The notes under the pieces are model-generated. The model made no database searches and was not told the origin of the DNA. It saw nothing but the letters and a program-made list of their open reading frames with translations. Position numbers and translations under genes: made by a program. Shown here piece after piece: positions 9,301 to 20,968 of a DNA stretch of 26,230 nucleotides. The stretch is from Utricularia gibba (Eukaryota > Plantae > Magnoliophyta), in NCBI GenBank assembly GCA_002189035.1, contig NEEC01000500.1:1-26230 (forward strand). The letters run 5' to 3'. Position 1 is the first letter of the stretch. Every line of letters starts with the position of its first letter.

Positions 9301-12300
9301 TCGAGAGTTAGTTGTAGTCCGGCAAATAAAGTGATGTATTTATTATCGTTCGGTTTTCGGGGCTGCCTACATGGTTTTTCAAGGAACCGCTTCTCGTTTT
9401 GTGGCGGCCAGTCTCGCTGGGAACTTGGTCCTTGACCCGATTCTGTATGGCTCATGAGGTCAACTGGATGCAAATCGATTAAAAAAAATGATCCATTTGT
9501 TTAAATTAGATGTCACGTGCACCCCACATGATTTTTTCAACAACTTACTTTATACTTGAGAAGGCGGTCTTTGGGTGCACTTGGAACCGGAAAAAGATCA
9601 GCTTAGGCCTTGGCCCAAAGTAAGTTGTAGCCCGGCAAAGAAAGTGATGTATTTATTAACGTTCGGTTTTTCGGTGTTGCCTACATGGTTTTTCAAGGAA
9701 CAGCTTCTCGTTTTGTGGCGGCCAGTCTCGCTAGGAACTTGGTCCGGGCCCGCGATTCTTTATGGCTCATGAGGACAAAAGGATGCAAATCGATGAATAC
9801 AAATGTTGCATTTGTTTAAATTGCGATATCACGTGCACCCCACATGATTTTTTCAACAACTTACTTTATACTTGAGAGGCGGTCTTTGGGTGCACCTGGA
9901 ACGGGACAAAGGTAGGTTTGGCTTGCCCGAGAGTTAGTTGTAGTCCGGCAAATAAAGTGATGTATTTATTATCGTTCGGTTTTCGGGGGCTGCCTACATG
10001 GTTTTTCAAGGAACCGCTTCTCGTTTTGTGGCGGCCAGTCTCGCTGGGAACTTGGTCCTTGACCCGATTCTGTATGGCTCATGAGGTCAACTGGATGCAA
10101 ATCGATTAAAAAAATGATCCATTTGTTTAAATTACGATGTCACGTGCACCCCCACATGATTTTTTCAACAACTTACTTTATACTTGAGAAGGCGGTCTTT
10201 GGGTGCACTTGGAACCGGAAAAAGATCAGCTTAGGCCTTGGCCCAAAGTAAGTTGTAGCCCGGCAAAGAAAGTGATGTATTTATTAACGTTCGGTTTTCG
10301 TGTTGCCTACATGGTTTTTCAAGGAACAGCTTCTCGTTTTGTGGCGGCCAGTCTCGCTAGGAACTTGGTCCGGGCCCGCGATTCTTTATGGCTCATGAGG
10401 ACAAAAGATGCAAATCGATGAATACAATGTTGCATTTGTTTAAATTGCGATATCACGTGCACCCCACATGATTTTTTCAACAACTTACTTTATACTTGAG
10501 GAGGCGGTCTTTGGGTGCACCTGGAACGGGACAAAGGTAAGGTTTGGCTTGCCCGAGAGTTAGTTGTAGTCCGGAAAATAAAGTGATGTATTTATTATCG
10601 TTCGGTTTTCGGGGCTGCCTACATGGTTTTTCAAGGAACCGCTTCTCGTTTTGTGGCGGCCAGTCTCGCTGGGAACTTGGTCCTTGACCCCGATTCTGTA
10701 TGGCTCATGAGGTCAACTGGATGCAAATCGATTAAAAAAAATGATGCATTTGTTTAAATTACGATGTCACGTGCACCCACATGATTTTTTTAACAACATA
10801 CTTTATACATGAGGAGGCGGTCTTGGGGGCACTTGGAACCGGAAAAAGGTCAGCTTAGGCCTTGGCCCAAAGTAAGTTGTAGCCCGGCAAAGAAAGTGAT
10901 GTATTTATTAACGTTCGGTTTTCGGTGTTGCCTACATGGTTTTTTCAAGGAACAGCTTCTCGTTTTGTGGCGCCAGTCTCGCTAGGAACTTGGTCCGGGC
11001 CCGCGATTCTTTATGGCTCATGAGGTCAAATGGATGCAAATCGATTAAAAAAAATGTTGCATTTGTTTAAATTACGATCTCACGTGCACCCCACATGATT
11101 TTTTTAAGAACTACTTTATACATGAGGAGGCGGTCTTGGGGGGCACTTGGATCCGGAAAAAGGTCAGCTTAGGCCTTGGCCCAAAGTAAGTTGTAGTCCG
11201 GCAAATAAAGTGATGTATTTATTATCGTTCGGTTTTCGGGGGCTGCCTACATGGTTTTTCAAGGAACCGCTTCTCGTTTTGTGGCGGCCAGTCGCTGGGA
11301 ACTTGGTCCTCGACCCCGATTCTGTATGGCTCATGAGGTCAACTGGATGCAAATCGATTAAAAAAATGATCCATTTGTTTAAATTATGATGTCACGTGCA
11401 CCCCACATGATTTTTTCAAAACTTACTTTATACTTGAGAAGGCGGTCTTGGGGGGCACTTGGAACCGGAAAAAGATCAGCTTAGGCCTTGGCCCAAAGTA
11501 AGTTGTAGCCCGGCAAAGAAAGTGATGTATTTATTAACGTTCGGTTTTCGGTGTTGCCTACATGGTTTTTCAAGGAACAGCTTCTCGTTTTTGTGCGGCC
11601 AGTCTCGCTAGGAACTTGGTCCGGGCCCGCGATTCTTTATGGCTCATGAGGACAAAAGGATGCAAATCGATGAATACAATGTTGCATTTGTTTAAATTGC
11701 GATATCACGTGCACCCCACATGATTTTTTCAACAACTTACTTTATACTTGAGGAGGCGGTCTTTGGGTGCACTGGAACGGACAAAGGTAAGGTTTGGCTT
11801 GGCCGAGAGTTAGTTGTAGCCGGCAAATAAAGTGATGTATTTATTATCGTTCGGTTTTTCGGGGGCTGCCTACATGGTTTTTCAAGGAACCGCTTCTCGT
11901 TTTGTGGCGGCCAGTCTCGCTGGGAACTTGGTCCTTGACCCCGATTCTGTATGGCTCATGAGGTCAACTGGATGCAAATCGATTAAAAAAAAATGATCCA
12001 TTTGTTTAAATTATGATGTCACGTGCACCCCACATGATTTTTTTCAACAACTTACTTTATACTTGAGAAGGCGGTCTTGGGTGCACTTGGAACCGGAAAA
12101 AGATCAGCTTAGGCCTTGGCCCAAAGTAAGTTGTAGCCCGGCAAAGAAAGTGATGTATTTATTAACGTTCGGTTTTCGGTGTTGCCTACATGGTTTTTCA
12201 AGGAACAGCTTCTCGTTTTGTGGCGGCCAGTCTCGCTAGGAACTTGGTCCGGGCCCGCGATTCTTTATGGCTCATGAGGACAAAAGGATGCAAATCGATG

Positions 12301-13582
12301 AATAAATGTTGCATTTGTTTAAATTGCGATATCACGTGCACCCCACATGATTTTTTTCAACAACTTACTTTATACTTGAGCAGGCGGTCTTTGGGTGCAC
12401 CTGGAACGGGACAAAGGTAAGGTTTGGCTTGCACCGAGAGTTAGTTGTAGTCCGGCAAATAAAGTGATGTATTTATTATCGTTCGGTTTTCGGGGGCTGC
12501 CTACATGGTTTTTCAAGGAACCGCTTCTCGTTTTGTGGCGGCCAGTCTCGCTGGGAACTTGGTCCTTGACCCCGATTCTGTATGGCTCATGAGGTCAACT
12601 GGATGCAAATCGATTAAAAAAAATGATCATTTGTTTAAATTATGATGTCACGTGCACCCCACATGATTTTTTAACAACATACTTTATACATGAGGAGGCG
12701 GTCTTGGGGGGCACTTGGAACCGGAAAAAGATCAGCTTAGGCCTTGGCCAAAGTAAGTTGTAGCCCGGCAAAGAAAGTGATGTATTTATTAACGTTCGGT
12801 TTTCGGTGTTGCCTACATGGTTTTTTCAAGGAACAGCTTCTCGTTTTGTGGCGCCAGTCTCGCTAGGAACTTGGTCCGGGCCCGCGATTCTTTATGGCTC
12901 ATGAGGTCAAATGGATGCAAATCGATGAATACAATGTTGCATTTGTTTAAATTGCGATATCACGTGCACCCCACATGATTTTTTAACAACTTACTTTATA
13001 CTTGAGCAGGCGGTCTTTGGGTGCACTTGGAACGGGAAAAGGTAAGGTTAGGCTTGCCCAAGTAGTTGTAGTCCGGAAAATAAAGTGATGTATTTATTAT
13101 CGTTCGGTTTTCGGGGGCTGCCTACATGGTTTTTCAAGGAACCGCTTCTCGTTTGTGGCGGCCAGTCTCGCTGGGAACTTGGTCCTTGACCCCGATTCTG
13201 TATGGCTCATGAGGTCAACTGGATGCAAATCGATTAAAAAAATGATGCATTTGTTTAAATTACGATGTCACGTGCACCCCACATGATTTTTTTAACAACA
13301 TTACTTTATACTTGAGAGGCGGTCTTTGGGTGCACTTGGAACGGAAAAAGGTCAGCTTAGGCCTTGGCCCAAAGTAAGTTGTAGCCCGGCAAAGAAAGTG
13401 ATGTATTTATTAACGTTCGGTTTTCGGTGTTGCCTACATGGTTTTTCAAGGAACAGCTTCTCGTTTTGTGGCGGCCCAGTCTCGCTAGGAACTTGGTCCG
13501 GGCCCGCGATTCTTTATGGCTCATGAGGTCAAATGGATGCAAATCGATTAAAAAAATGTTGCATTTGTTTAAATTGCGATAT

Positions 13583-13855
13583 CACGTGCACCCCACATGA
13601 TTTTTTTAAAAACTACTTTATACATGAGGAGGCGGTCTTGGGGGCACTTGGAACCGGAAAAAAGGTCAGCTTAGGCTTGGCCAAAGTAAGTTGTAGTCCG
13701 GCAAATAAAGTGATGTATTTATTATCGTTCGGTTTTCGGGGGCTGCCTACATGGTTTTGGGAACTTGGTCCTTGACCCCGATTCTGTATGGCTCATGAGG
13801 TCAACTGGATGCAAATCGATTAAAAAAAATGATGCATTTGTTTAAATTATGATGT
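13583..13855 (+). repeat. B-type monomer with a 40-bp internal deletion (273 bp)
   Basis: 13751-13768 reads ATGGTTTT|GGGAACTTGG. The usual TCAAGGAACCGCTTCTCGTTTTGTGGCGGCCAGTCTCGCT (40 nt) is missing at 13758/13759. Confidence 0.95.
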
Positions 13856-16800
13856 CACGTGCACCCACATGATTTTTTCAACAACTTACTTTATACTTGA
13901 GAAGGCGGTCTTGGGGCACTTGGAACCGGAAAAAGATCAGCTTAGGCCTTGGCCCAAAGTAAGTTGTAGCCCGGCAAAGAAAGTGATGTATTTATTAACG
14001 TTCGGTTTTCGGTGTTGCCTACATGGTTTTTCAAGGAACAGCTTCTCGTTTTGTGGCGGCCAGTCTCGCTAGGAACTTGGTCCGGGCCCGCGATTCTTTA
14101 TGGCTCATGAGGACAAAAGGATGCAAATCGATGAATACAATGTTGCATTTGTTTAAATTGCGATATCACGTGCACCCCACATGATTTTTTCAACAACTTA
14201 CTTTATACTTGAGCAGGCGGTCTTTGGGTGCACCTGGAACGGGACAAAGGTAAGGTTTGGCTTGCACCGAGAGTTAGTTGTAGTCCGGCAAATAAAGTGA
14301 TGTATTTATTATCGTTCGGTTTTCGGGGGCTGCCTACATGGTTTTTCAAGGAACCGCTTCTCGTTTTGTGGCGGCCAGTCTCGCTGGGAACTTGGTCCTT
14401 GACCCCGATTCTGTATGGCTCATGAGGTCAACTGGATGCAAATCGATTAAAAAAAATGATGCATTTGTTTAAATTACGATGTCACGTGCACCCCACATGA
14501 TTTTTTTAAACAACTTACTTTATACATGAGGAGGCGGTCTTGGGGGCACTTGGAACCGGAAAAAGTCAGCTTAGGCCTTGGCCCAAAGTAAGTTGTAGCC
14601 CGGCAAAGAAAGTGATGTATTTATTAACGTTCGGTTTTCGGTGTTGCCTACATGGTTTTTCAAGGAACAGCTTCTCGTTTTGTGGCGGCCAGTCTCGCTA
14701 GGAACTTGGTCCGGGCCCGCGATTCTTTATGGCTCATGAGGACAAAAGGATGCAAATCGATGAATACAATGTTGCATTTGTTTAAATTGCGATATCACGT
14801 GCACCCCACATGATTTTTTCAACAACTTACTTTATACTTGAGCAGGCGGTCTTTGGGTGCACTGGAACGGGAAAAGGTAGGTTTGGCTTGCCGAAAGTTA
14901 GTTGTAGTCCGGCAAATAAAGTGATGTATTTATTATCGTTCGGTTTTCGGGGGCTGCCTACATGGTTTTTCAAGGAACCGCTTCTCGTTTTGTGGCGGCC
15001 AGTCTCGCTGGGAACTTGGTCCTTGACCCCGATTCTGTATGGCTCATGAGGTCAACTGGATGCAAATCGATTAAAAAAAATGATGCATTTGTTTAAATTA
15101 CGATGTCACGTGCACCCCACATGATTTTTTAACAACTACTTTATACTGAGAGGCGGTCTTGGGGGCACTTGGAACCGGAAAAAGGTCAGCTTAGGCCTTG
15201 GCCCAAAGTAAGTTGTAGCCCGGCAAAGAAAGTGATGTATTTATTAACGTTCGGTTTTCGGTGTTGCCTACATGGTTTTTCAAGGAACAGCTTCTCGTTT
15301 TGTGGCGGCCAGTCTCGCTAGGAACTTGGTCCGGGCCCGCGATTCTTTATGGCTCATGAGGACAAAAGGATGCAAATCGATGAATACAATGTTGCATTTG
15401 TTTAAATTGCGATATCACGTGCACCCCACATGATTTTTTCAACAACTTACTTTATACTTGAGGAGGCGGTCTTTGGGGCACTTGGAACGGAAAAAAGGTA
15501 GCTTAGGCTTGGCCCAAGTAAGTTGTAGTCCGGCAAATAAAGTGATGTATTTATTATCGTTCGGTTTTCGGGGGCTGCCTACATGGTTTTTCAAGGAACC
15601 GCTTCTCGTTTTGTGGCGGCCAGTCTCGCTGGGAACTTGGTCCTTGACCCCGATTCTGTATGGCTCATGAGGTCAACTGGATGCAAATCGATTAAAAAAA
15701 TGATCCATTTGTTTAAATTATGATGTCACGTGCACCCACATGATTTTTTCAACAACTTACTTTATACTTGAGAAGGCGGTCTTTGGGTGCACTTGGAACC
15801 GGAAAAAGATCAGCTTAGGCCTTGGCCAAAGTAAGTTGTAGCCCGGCAAAGAAAGTGATGTATTTATTAACGTTCGGTTTTCGGTGTTGCCTACATGGTT
15901 TTTCAAGGAACAGCTTCTCGTTTTGTGGCGGCCAGTCTCGCTAGGAACTTGGTCCGGGCCCGATTCTTTATGGCTCATGAGGACAAAAGGATGCAAATCG
16001 ATGAATACAATGTTGCATTTGTTTAAATTGCGATATCACGTGCACCCCACATGATTTTTTCAACAACTTACTTTATACTGAGAGGCGGTCTTGGGGGCAC
16101 TTGGAACGGAAAAAAGGCTTAGGCTTGCCAAAGTAAGTTGTAGTCCGGCAAATAAAGTGATGTATTTATTATCGTTCGGTTTTCGGGGGCTGCCTACATG
16201 GTTTTTCAAGGAACCGCTTCTCGTTTTGTGGCGGCCAGTCTCGCTGGGAACTTGGTCCTTGACCCCGATTCTGTATGGCTCATGAGGTCAACTGGATGCA
16301 AATCGATTAAAAAATGATGCATTTGTTTAAATTATGATGTCACGTGCACCCCACATGATTTTTTCAACAACTTACTTTATACTTGAGAAGGCGGTCTTGG
16401 GGCACTTGGAACCGGAAAAAGATCAGCTTAGGCCTTGGCCCAAAGTAAGTTGTAGCCCGGCAAAGAAAGTGATGTATTTATTAACGTTCGGTTTTCGGTG
16501 TTGCCTACATGGTTTTTCAAGGAACAGCTTCTCGTTTTGTGGCGGCCAGTCTCGCTAGGAACTTGGTCCGGGCCCGCGATTCTTTATGGCTCATGAGGAC
16601 AAAAGGATGCAAATCGATGAATACAATGTTGCATTTGTTTAAATTGCGATATCACGTGCACCCACATGATTTTTTCAACAACTTACTTTATACTTGAGCA
16701 GGCGGTCTTTGGGTGCACCTGGAACGGGACAAAGGTAAGGTTTGGCTTGCACGAGAGTTAGTTGTAGTCCGGCAAATAAAGTGATGTATTTATTATCGTT

Positions 16801-18833
16801 CGGTTTTCGGGGGCTGCCTACATGGTTTTTCAAGGAACCGCTTCTCGTTTTGTGGCGGCCAGTCTCGCTGGGAACTTGGTCCTTGACCCCGATTCTGTAT
16901 GGCTCATGAGGTCAACTGGATGCAAATCGATTAAAAAAATGATGCATTTGTTTAAATTACGATGTCACGTGCACCCCACATGATTTTTTTAACAACTTAC
17001 TTTATACTGAGGAGGCGGTCTTGGGGGGCACTTGGAACCGGAAAAAGATCAGCTTAGGCCTTGGCCCAAAGTAAGTTGTAGCCCGGCAAAGAAAGTGATG
17101 TATTTATTAACGTTCGGTTTTCGGTGTTGCCTACATGGTTTTTCAAGGAACAGCTTCTCGTTTTGTGGCGGCCAGTCTCGCTAGGAACTTGGTCCGGGCC
17201 CGCGATTCTTTATGGCTCATGAGGACAAAAGGATGCAAATCGATGAATACAATGTTGCATTTGTTTAAATTGCGATATCACGTGCACCCCACATGATTTT
17301 TTCAACAACTTACTTTATACTTGAGCAGGCGGTCTTTGGGTGCACCTGGAACGGGACAAAGGTAAGGTTTGGCTTGCACCGAGAGTTAGTTGTAGTCCGG
17401 CAAATAAAGTGATGTATTTATTATCGTTCGGTTTTCGGGGGCTGCCTACATGGTTTTTCAAGGAACCGCTTCTCGTTTTGTGGCGGCCAGTCTCGCTGGG
17501 AACTTGGTCCTTGACCCCGATTCTGTATGGCTCATGAGGTCAACTGGATGCAAATCGATTAAAAAAATGATGCATTTGTTTAAATTACGATGTCACGTGC
17601 ACCCCACATGATTTTTTTAACAACTACTTTATACTGAGGAGGCGGTCTTGGGGGGCACTTGGAACCGGAAAAAGATCAGCTTAGGCCTTGGCCCAAAGTA
17701 AGTTGTAGCCCGGCAAAGAAAGTGATGTATTTATTAACGTTCGGTTTTCGGTGTTGCCTACATGGTTTTTCAAGGAACAGCTTCTCGTTTTGTGGCGGCC
17801 AGTCTCGCTAGGAACTTGGTCCGGGCCCGCGATTCTTTATGGCTCATGAGGACAAAAGGATGCAAATCGATGAATACAATGTTGCATTTGTTTAAATTGC
17901 GATATCACGTGCACCCCACATGATTTTTTCAACAACTTACTTTATACTTGAGCAGGCGGTCTTGGGGCACTTGGAACGGAAAAAAGGTAGGTTTGGCTTG
18001 CCCAAAGTTAGTTGTAGTCCGGCAAATAAAGTGATGTATTTATTATCGTTCGGTTTTCGGGGGCTGCCTACATGGTTTTTCAAGGAACCGCTTCTCGTTT
18101 TGTGGCGGCCAGTCTCGCTGGGAACTTGGTCCTTGACCCGATTCTGTATGGCTCATGAGGTCAACTGGATGCAAATCGATTAAAAAAAATGATGCATTTG
18201 TTTAAATTACGATGTCACGTGCACCCCACATGATTTTTTAACAACATACTTTATACATGAGGAGGCGGTCTTGGGGCACTTGGAACCGGAAAAAGATCAG
18301 CTTAGGCCTTGGCCCAAAGTAAGTTGTAGCCCGGCAAAGAAAGTGATGTATTTATTAACGTTCGGTTTTCGGTGTTGCCTACATGGTTTTTCAAGGAACA
18401 GCTTCTCGTTTTGTGGCGGCCAGTCTCGCTAGGAACTTGGTCCGGGCCCCGCGATTCTTTATGGCTCATGAGGACAAAAGGATGCAAATCGATGAATACA
18501 ATGTTGCATTTGTTTAAATTGCGATATCACACGTGCACCCCACATGATTTTTTCAACAACTTACTTTATACTGAGAGGCGGTCTTTGGGGCACTTGGAAC
18601 GGAAAAAAGGTTTAGGCTTGCCCAAAGTAAGTTGTAGTCCGGCAAATAAAGTGATGTATTTATTATCGTTCGGTTTTCGGGGGCTGCCTACATGGTTTTT
18701 CAAGGAACCGCTTCTCGTTTTGTGGCGGCCAGTCTCGCTGGGAACTTGGTCCTTGACCCGATTCTGTATGGCTCATGAGGTCAACTGGATGCAAATCGAT
18801 TAAAAAAATGATCCATTTGTTTAATTATGATGT

Positions 18834-19146
18834 CACGTGCACCCCACATGATTTTTTCAACAACTTACTTTATACTTGAGAAGGCGGTCTTTGGGTGCAC
18901 TTGGAACCGGAAAAAGATCAGCTTAGGCCTTGGCCCAAAGTAAGTTGTAGCCCGGCAAAGAAAGTGATGTATTTATTAACGTTCGGTTTTCGGTGTTGCC
19001 TACATGGTTTTTCAAGGAACAGCTTCTCGTTTTGTGGCGGCCAGTCTCGCTGGGAACTTGGTCCGACCCCGATTCTGTATGGCTCATGAGGTCAACTGGA
19101 TGCAAATCGATTAAAAAAAATGATGCATTTGTTTAAATTACGATGT
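18834..19146 (+). repeat. A/B chimeric monomer at which the dimer phase flips
   Basis: A markers run up to GGAACAGC (~19016-19023). B markers follow from CGCTGGG (~19048-19054) through TTCTGTATGG, GTCAACTGG and TACGATGT. The next monomer (19147) is A type again. Confidence 0.92.
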
Positions 19147-19417
19147 CACGTGCACCCCACATGATTTTTTAACAACTACTTTATACTTGAGGAGGCGGTC
19201 TTGGGGCACTTGGAACCGGAAAAAGATCAGCTTAGGCCTTGGCCCAAAGTAAGTTGTAGCCCGGCAAAGAAAGTGATGTATTTATTAACGTTCGGTTTTC
19301 GGTGTGCCTACATGGTTTTTCAAGGAACAGCTTCTCGTTTTGTGGCGGCCAGTCTCGCTAGGAACTATTCTTTATGGCTCATGAGGGCAAATCGATCATT
19401 TGTTTAAATTGCGATAT
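19147..19417 (+). repeat. A-type monomer with three clustered deletions (271 bp)
   Basis: Relative to the A1 consensus, TGGTCCGGGCCCGCG (15 nt) is missing at 19366/19367, ACAAAAGGAT (10 nt) at 19386/19387 and GAATACAATGTTG (13 nt) at 19396/19397. Confidence 0.92.
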
Positions 19418-20968
19418 CACGTGCACCCACATGATTTTTTCAACAACTTACTTTATACTTGAGCAGGCGGTCTTTGGGTGCACCTGGAACGGGAAAAGGT
19501 AAGGTTTGGCTTGCCCGAGAGTTAGTTGTAGTCCGGCAAATAAAGTGATGTATTTATTATCGTTCGGTTTTCGGGGCTGCCTACATGGTTTTTCAAGGAA
19601 CCGCTTCTCGTTTTGTGGCGGCCAGTCTCGCTGGGAACTTGGTCCTTGACCCCGATTCTGTATGGCTCATGAGGTCAACTGGATGCAAATCGATTAAAAA
19701 AAATGATGCATTTGTTTAAATTACGATGTCACGTGCACCCCACATGATTTTTTAACAACTACTTTATACTGAGGAGGCGGTCTTGGGGGGCACTTGGAAC
19801 CGGAAAAAGGTCAGCTTAGGCCTTGGCCCAAAGTAAGTTGTAGCCCGGCAAAGAAAGTGATGTATTTATTAACGTTCGGTTTTCGGTGTTGCCTACATGG
19901 TTTTTCAAGGAACAGCTTCTCGTTTTGTGGCGGCCAGTCTCGCTAGGAACTTGGTCCGGGCCCGCGATTCTTTATGGCTCATGAGGACAAAAGGATGCAA
20001 ATCGATGAATACAATGTTGCATTTGTTTAAATTGCGATATCACGTGCACCCCACATGATTTTTTCAACAACTTACTTTATACTTGAGCAGGCGGTCTTGG
20101 GGGCACTTGGGGGAAAAAAGGTAGCTTAGGCTTGCCCAAAGTAGTTGTAGTCCGGCAAATAAAGTGATGTATTTATTATCGTTCGGTTTTCGGGGGCTGC
20201 CTACATGGTTTTTCAAGGAACCGCTTCTCGTTTTGTGGCGGCCAGTCTCGCTGGGAACTTGGTCCTTGACCCCGATTCTGTATGGCTCATGAGGTCAACT
20301 GGATGCAAATCGATTAAAAAAATGATCCATTTGTTTAAATTATGATGTCACGTGCACCCCACATGATTTTTTCAACAACTTACTTTATACTTGAGAAGGC
20401 GGTCTTTGGGTGCACTTGGAACCGGAAAAAGATCAGCTTAGGCCTTGGCCCAAAGTAAGTTGTAGCCCGGCAAAGAAAGTGATGTATTTATTAACGTTCG
20501 GTTTTCGGTGTTGCCTACATGGTTTTTCAAGGAACAGCTTCTCGTTTTGTGGCGGCCAGTCTCGCTAGGAACTTGGTCCGGGCCCGCGATTCTTTATGGC
20601 TCATGAGGACAAAAGGATGCAAATCGATGAATACAATGTTGCATTTGTTTAAATTGCGATATCACGTGCACCCCACATGATTTTTTCAACAACTTACTTT
20701 ATACTTGAGCAGGCGGTCTTGGGGGCACTTGGAACGGGAAAAAGGTAGGTTTGGCTTGCGTTAGTTGTAGTCCGGCAAATAAAGTGATGTATTTATTATC
20801 GTTCGGTTTTCGGGGGCTGCCTACATGGTTTTTCAAGGAACCGCTTCTCGTTTTTGTGCGGCCAGTCTCGCTGGGAACTTGGTCCTTGACCCCGATTCTG
20901 TATGGCTCATGAGGTCAACTGGATGCAAATCGATTAAAAAAAATGATCATTTGTTTAAATTACGATGT

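Noticed and set aside
18521-18540. Scattered micro-variants such as the CA duplication in ATCACACGTG and variable C, T, A and G run lengths
   Set aside because: These are indistinguishable from slippage or long-read consensus error and are not individually informative.
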